Source: Podarcis vaucheri
Taxonomy: Eukaryota
DNA: 63,861 nt
Assembly: GCA_965113315.1 (NCBI GenBank)
Contig: OZ220367.1
Reading direction: 5' to 3' (one strand)
Numbering within the stretch: the first letter of the stretch is position 1; each line of letters begins with the position of its first letter. A model generated the notes under the pieces. The model made no database searches. It worked only from the letters and a program-made list of their open reading frames with translations, and was not told where the DNA came from. Below are positions 62,677-63,861 of this stretch, piece by piece. Both the position numbers and the translations under genes were made by a program.

Positions 62677-63352
62677 CAGGTTTCTTTTTATAACCTTCGT
62701 TTCAAATGATAAATAGACTCCAGGATAGATTTATGTGCTGCTGTTTTTAAAAGCAAAGGGAGCAGAGGCACTATATCATCAGAAAAGGAAATGTTTCATC
62801 TGTCTTAGATCCCTCACATGTGTCTAGCAGACTTTAAGATATCTTGGAGCCCATAGACCTGGCCAGATAGGAGCTTGATTGCTCATAGTATCCCTCTTCC
62901 ACTGATAAGAGCCTAGGCTTCAGTGATGAGCTGGTTGAGATCCAATAAACTAACGTTCAATCCAAACAATCTGGAGGGGCTGTTGGCTAGTGGTTTATCA
63001 AGCCATAGAAGAAGGTCTGGCCCAATACATTTTGGTGCCTGAGGCAAAACATCCCGTCACTGCACCCATGATGTGGGGGGCTTGAGGCTCCGCAACAGCT
63101 TCCTTTCAAGGGCGAACCCTTGAAAAGCTTTGTCACCAGGCTGGGGCAGGGACCAAATTCTGCAAAGGCTTCTGGAATGCCTCTCTCTTACCAAGAGTCA
63201 TTGCGGGGGAGGCATTCAGGAGAGCTTTGCCACTGGCCTCTCTGCACCCCAGAGGTGGAGGAGACCAGCAGCAATGCTCAACAGTGGAACAGTGTTGCTC
63301 TGCAACAACTTCCCTTACCTGGGTTGCTTCTCTGGTAGAAGATGCCTACAGA

Positions 63353-63505
63353 CAATGCTTTTTTTCTGGGGGGGGGGATGCAGGGATATGCATTCCCCTA
63401 AACATTTTGTGAATCTAAGTTTGGCCTCATTGAGGGGCAGTATTTCAATATGAATAGGAAAATGAGAGTACCCCTAAACATTTTTTTTAAGAAAAAAAAG
63501 CACTG
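63353..63505 (+). mobile_element. hAT-type MITE, short form, nested in an older element (~63012-63581)
   Basis: CAATGCTTTTTT...AAAAAAGCACTG; TSD CCTACAGA/CCTACAGG (7/8). Confidence 0.88.
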
Positions 63506-63861
63506 CCTACAGGGGTGCCATCTCTTGCATTTTTACTACCTGAGGTTGCTGCTTCACCCTGCCTCATAGGTAGTCCAGTTCTCAATGGAAATGGTTTTTG
63601 ACCCGTTCTAATAAAAAATCCTCCTCAAAGATCAGTTTCATAGACTGCTATTAGGTCCACTGTCGCTGTTGGAAACATATGTAGATCATGGTGCCTACCA
63701 TCAACTTTAGCTGGTGTGCTGGCTGTGCTCCTTCTGGAGAAAGATGGTCAGAACTCTGTTATTCATACTTTAGCAACATTCATGCAGAATTACTGGTTTT
63801 CTTGTTTTCATGGAACTAACCTAGAAAACAGGTCAGTATTTTGAACAGTGCATGATCATTT

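Noticed and set aside
605-63453. Remaining 60-150 aa ORFs in the track
   Set aside because: Their lengths and composition fit chance ORFs; many are translations of microsatellites or repeats (poly-I, ERER, KEKKR).

Overview
Vertebrate, almost certainly squamate (probably lacertid lizard) non-coding DNA, either intergenic or inside a large intron. The taxon is inferred from Sauria SINEs (tRNA head, (ACCTTT)n tail) together with L2, CR1 and RTE LINE fragments. I recognise no host protein-coding exon, RNA gene or prokaryote-type system. The only ORF-track hits with real protein similarity are decayed LINE ORF2 pieces. The window is a dense patchwork of Tc1/mariner (pogo/Tigger-type) MITEs with TA target sites, hAT MITEs with 8-bp target-site duplications (TSDs), tRNA-derived SINEs, LINE remnants, LTR-like elements and microsatellites, separated by repeat-free tracts that may be conserved enhancers. 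I found no convincing new biological system. The best leads are transposon-mechanism oddities: a young Sauria SINE with a perfect 41-bp TSD, a composite MITE carrying a captured L2 tail (two copies), an LTR-like element flanked by an offset 39-bp duplication, tandem LTR-like units with a TGAGGTCA minisatellite, a three-level nested insertion, and an orphan strong splice acceptor. Family names come from recognition by eye, not database search. Boundaries of old repeats are approximate.
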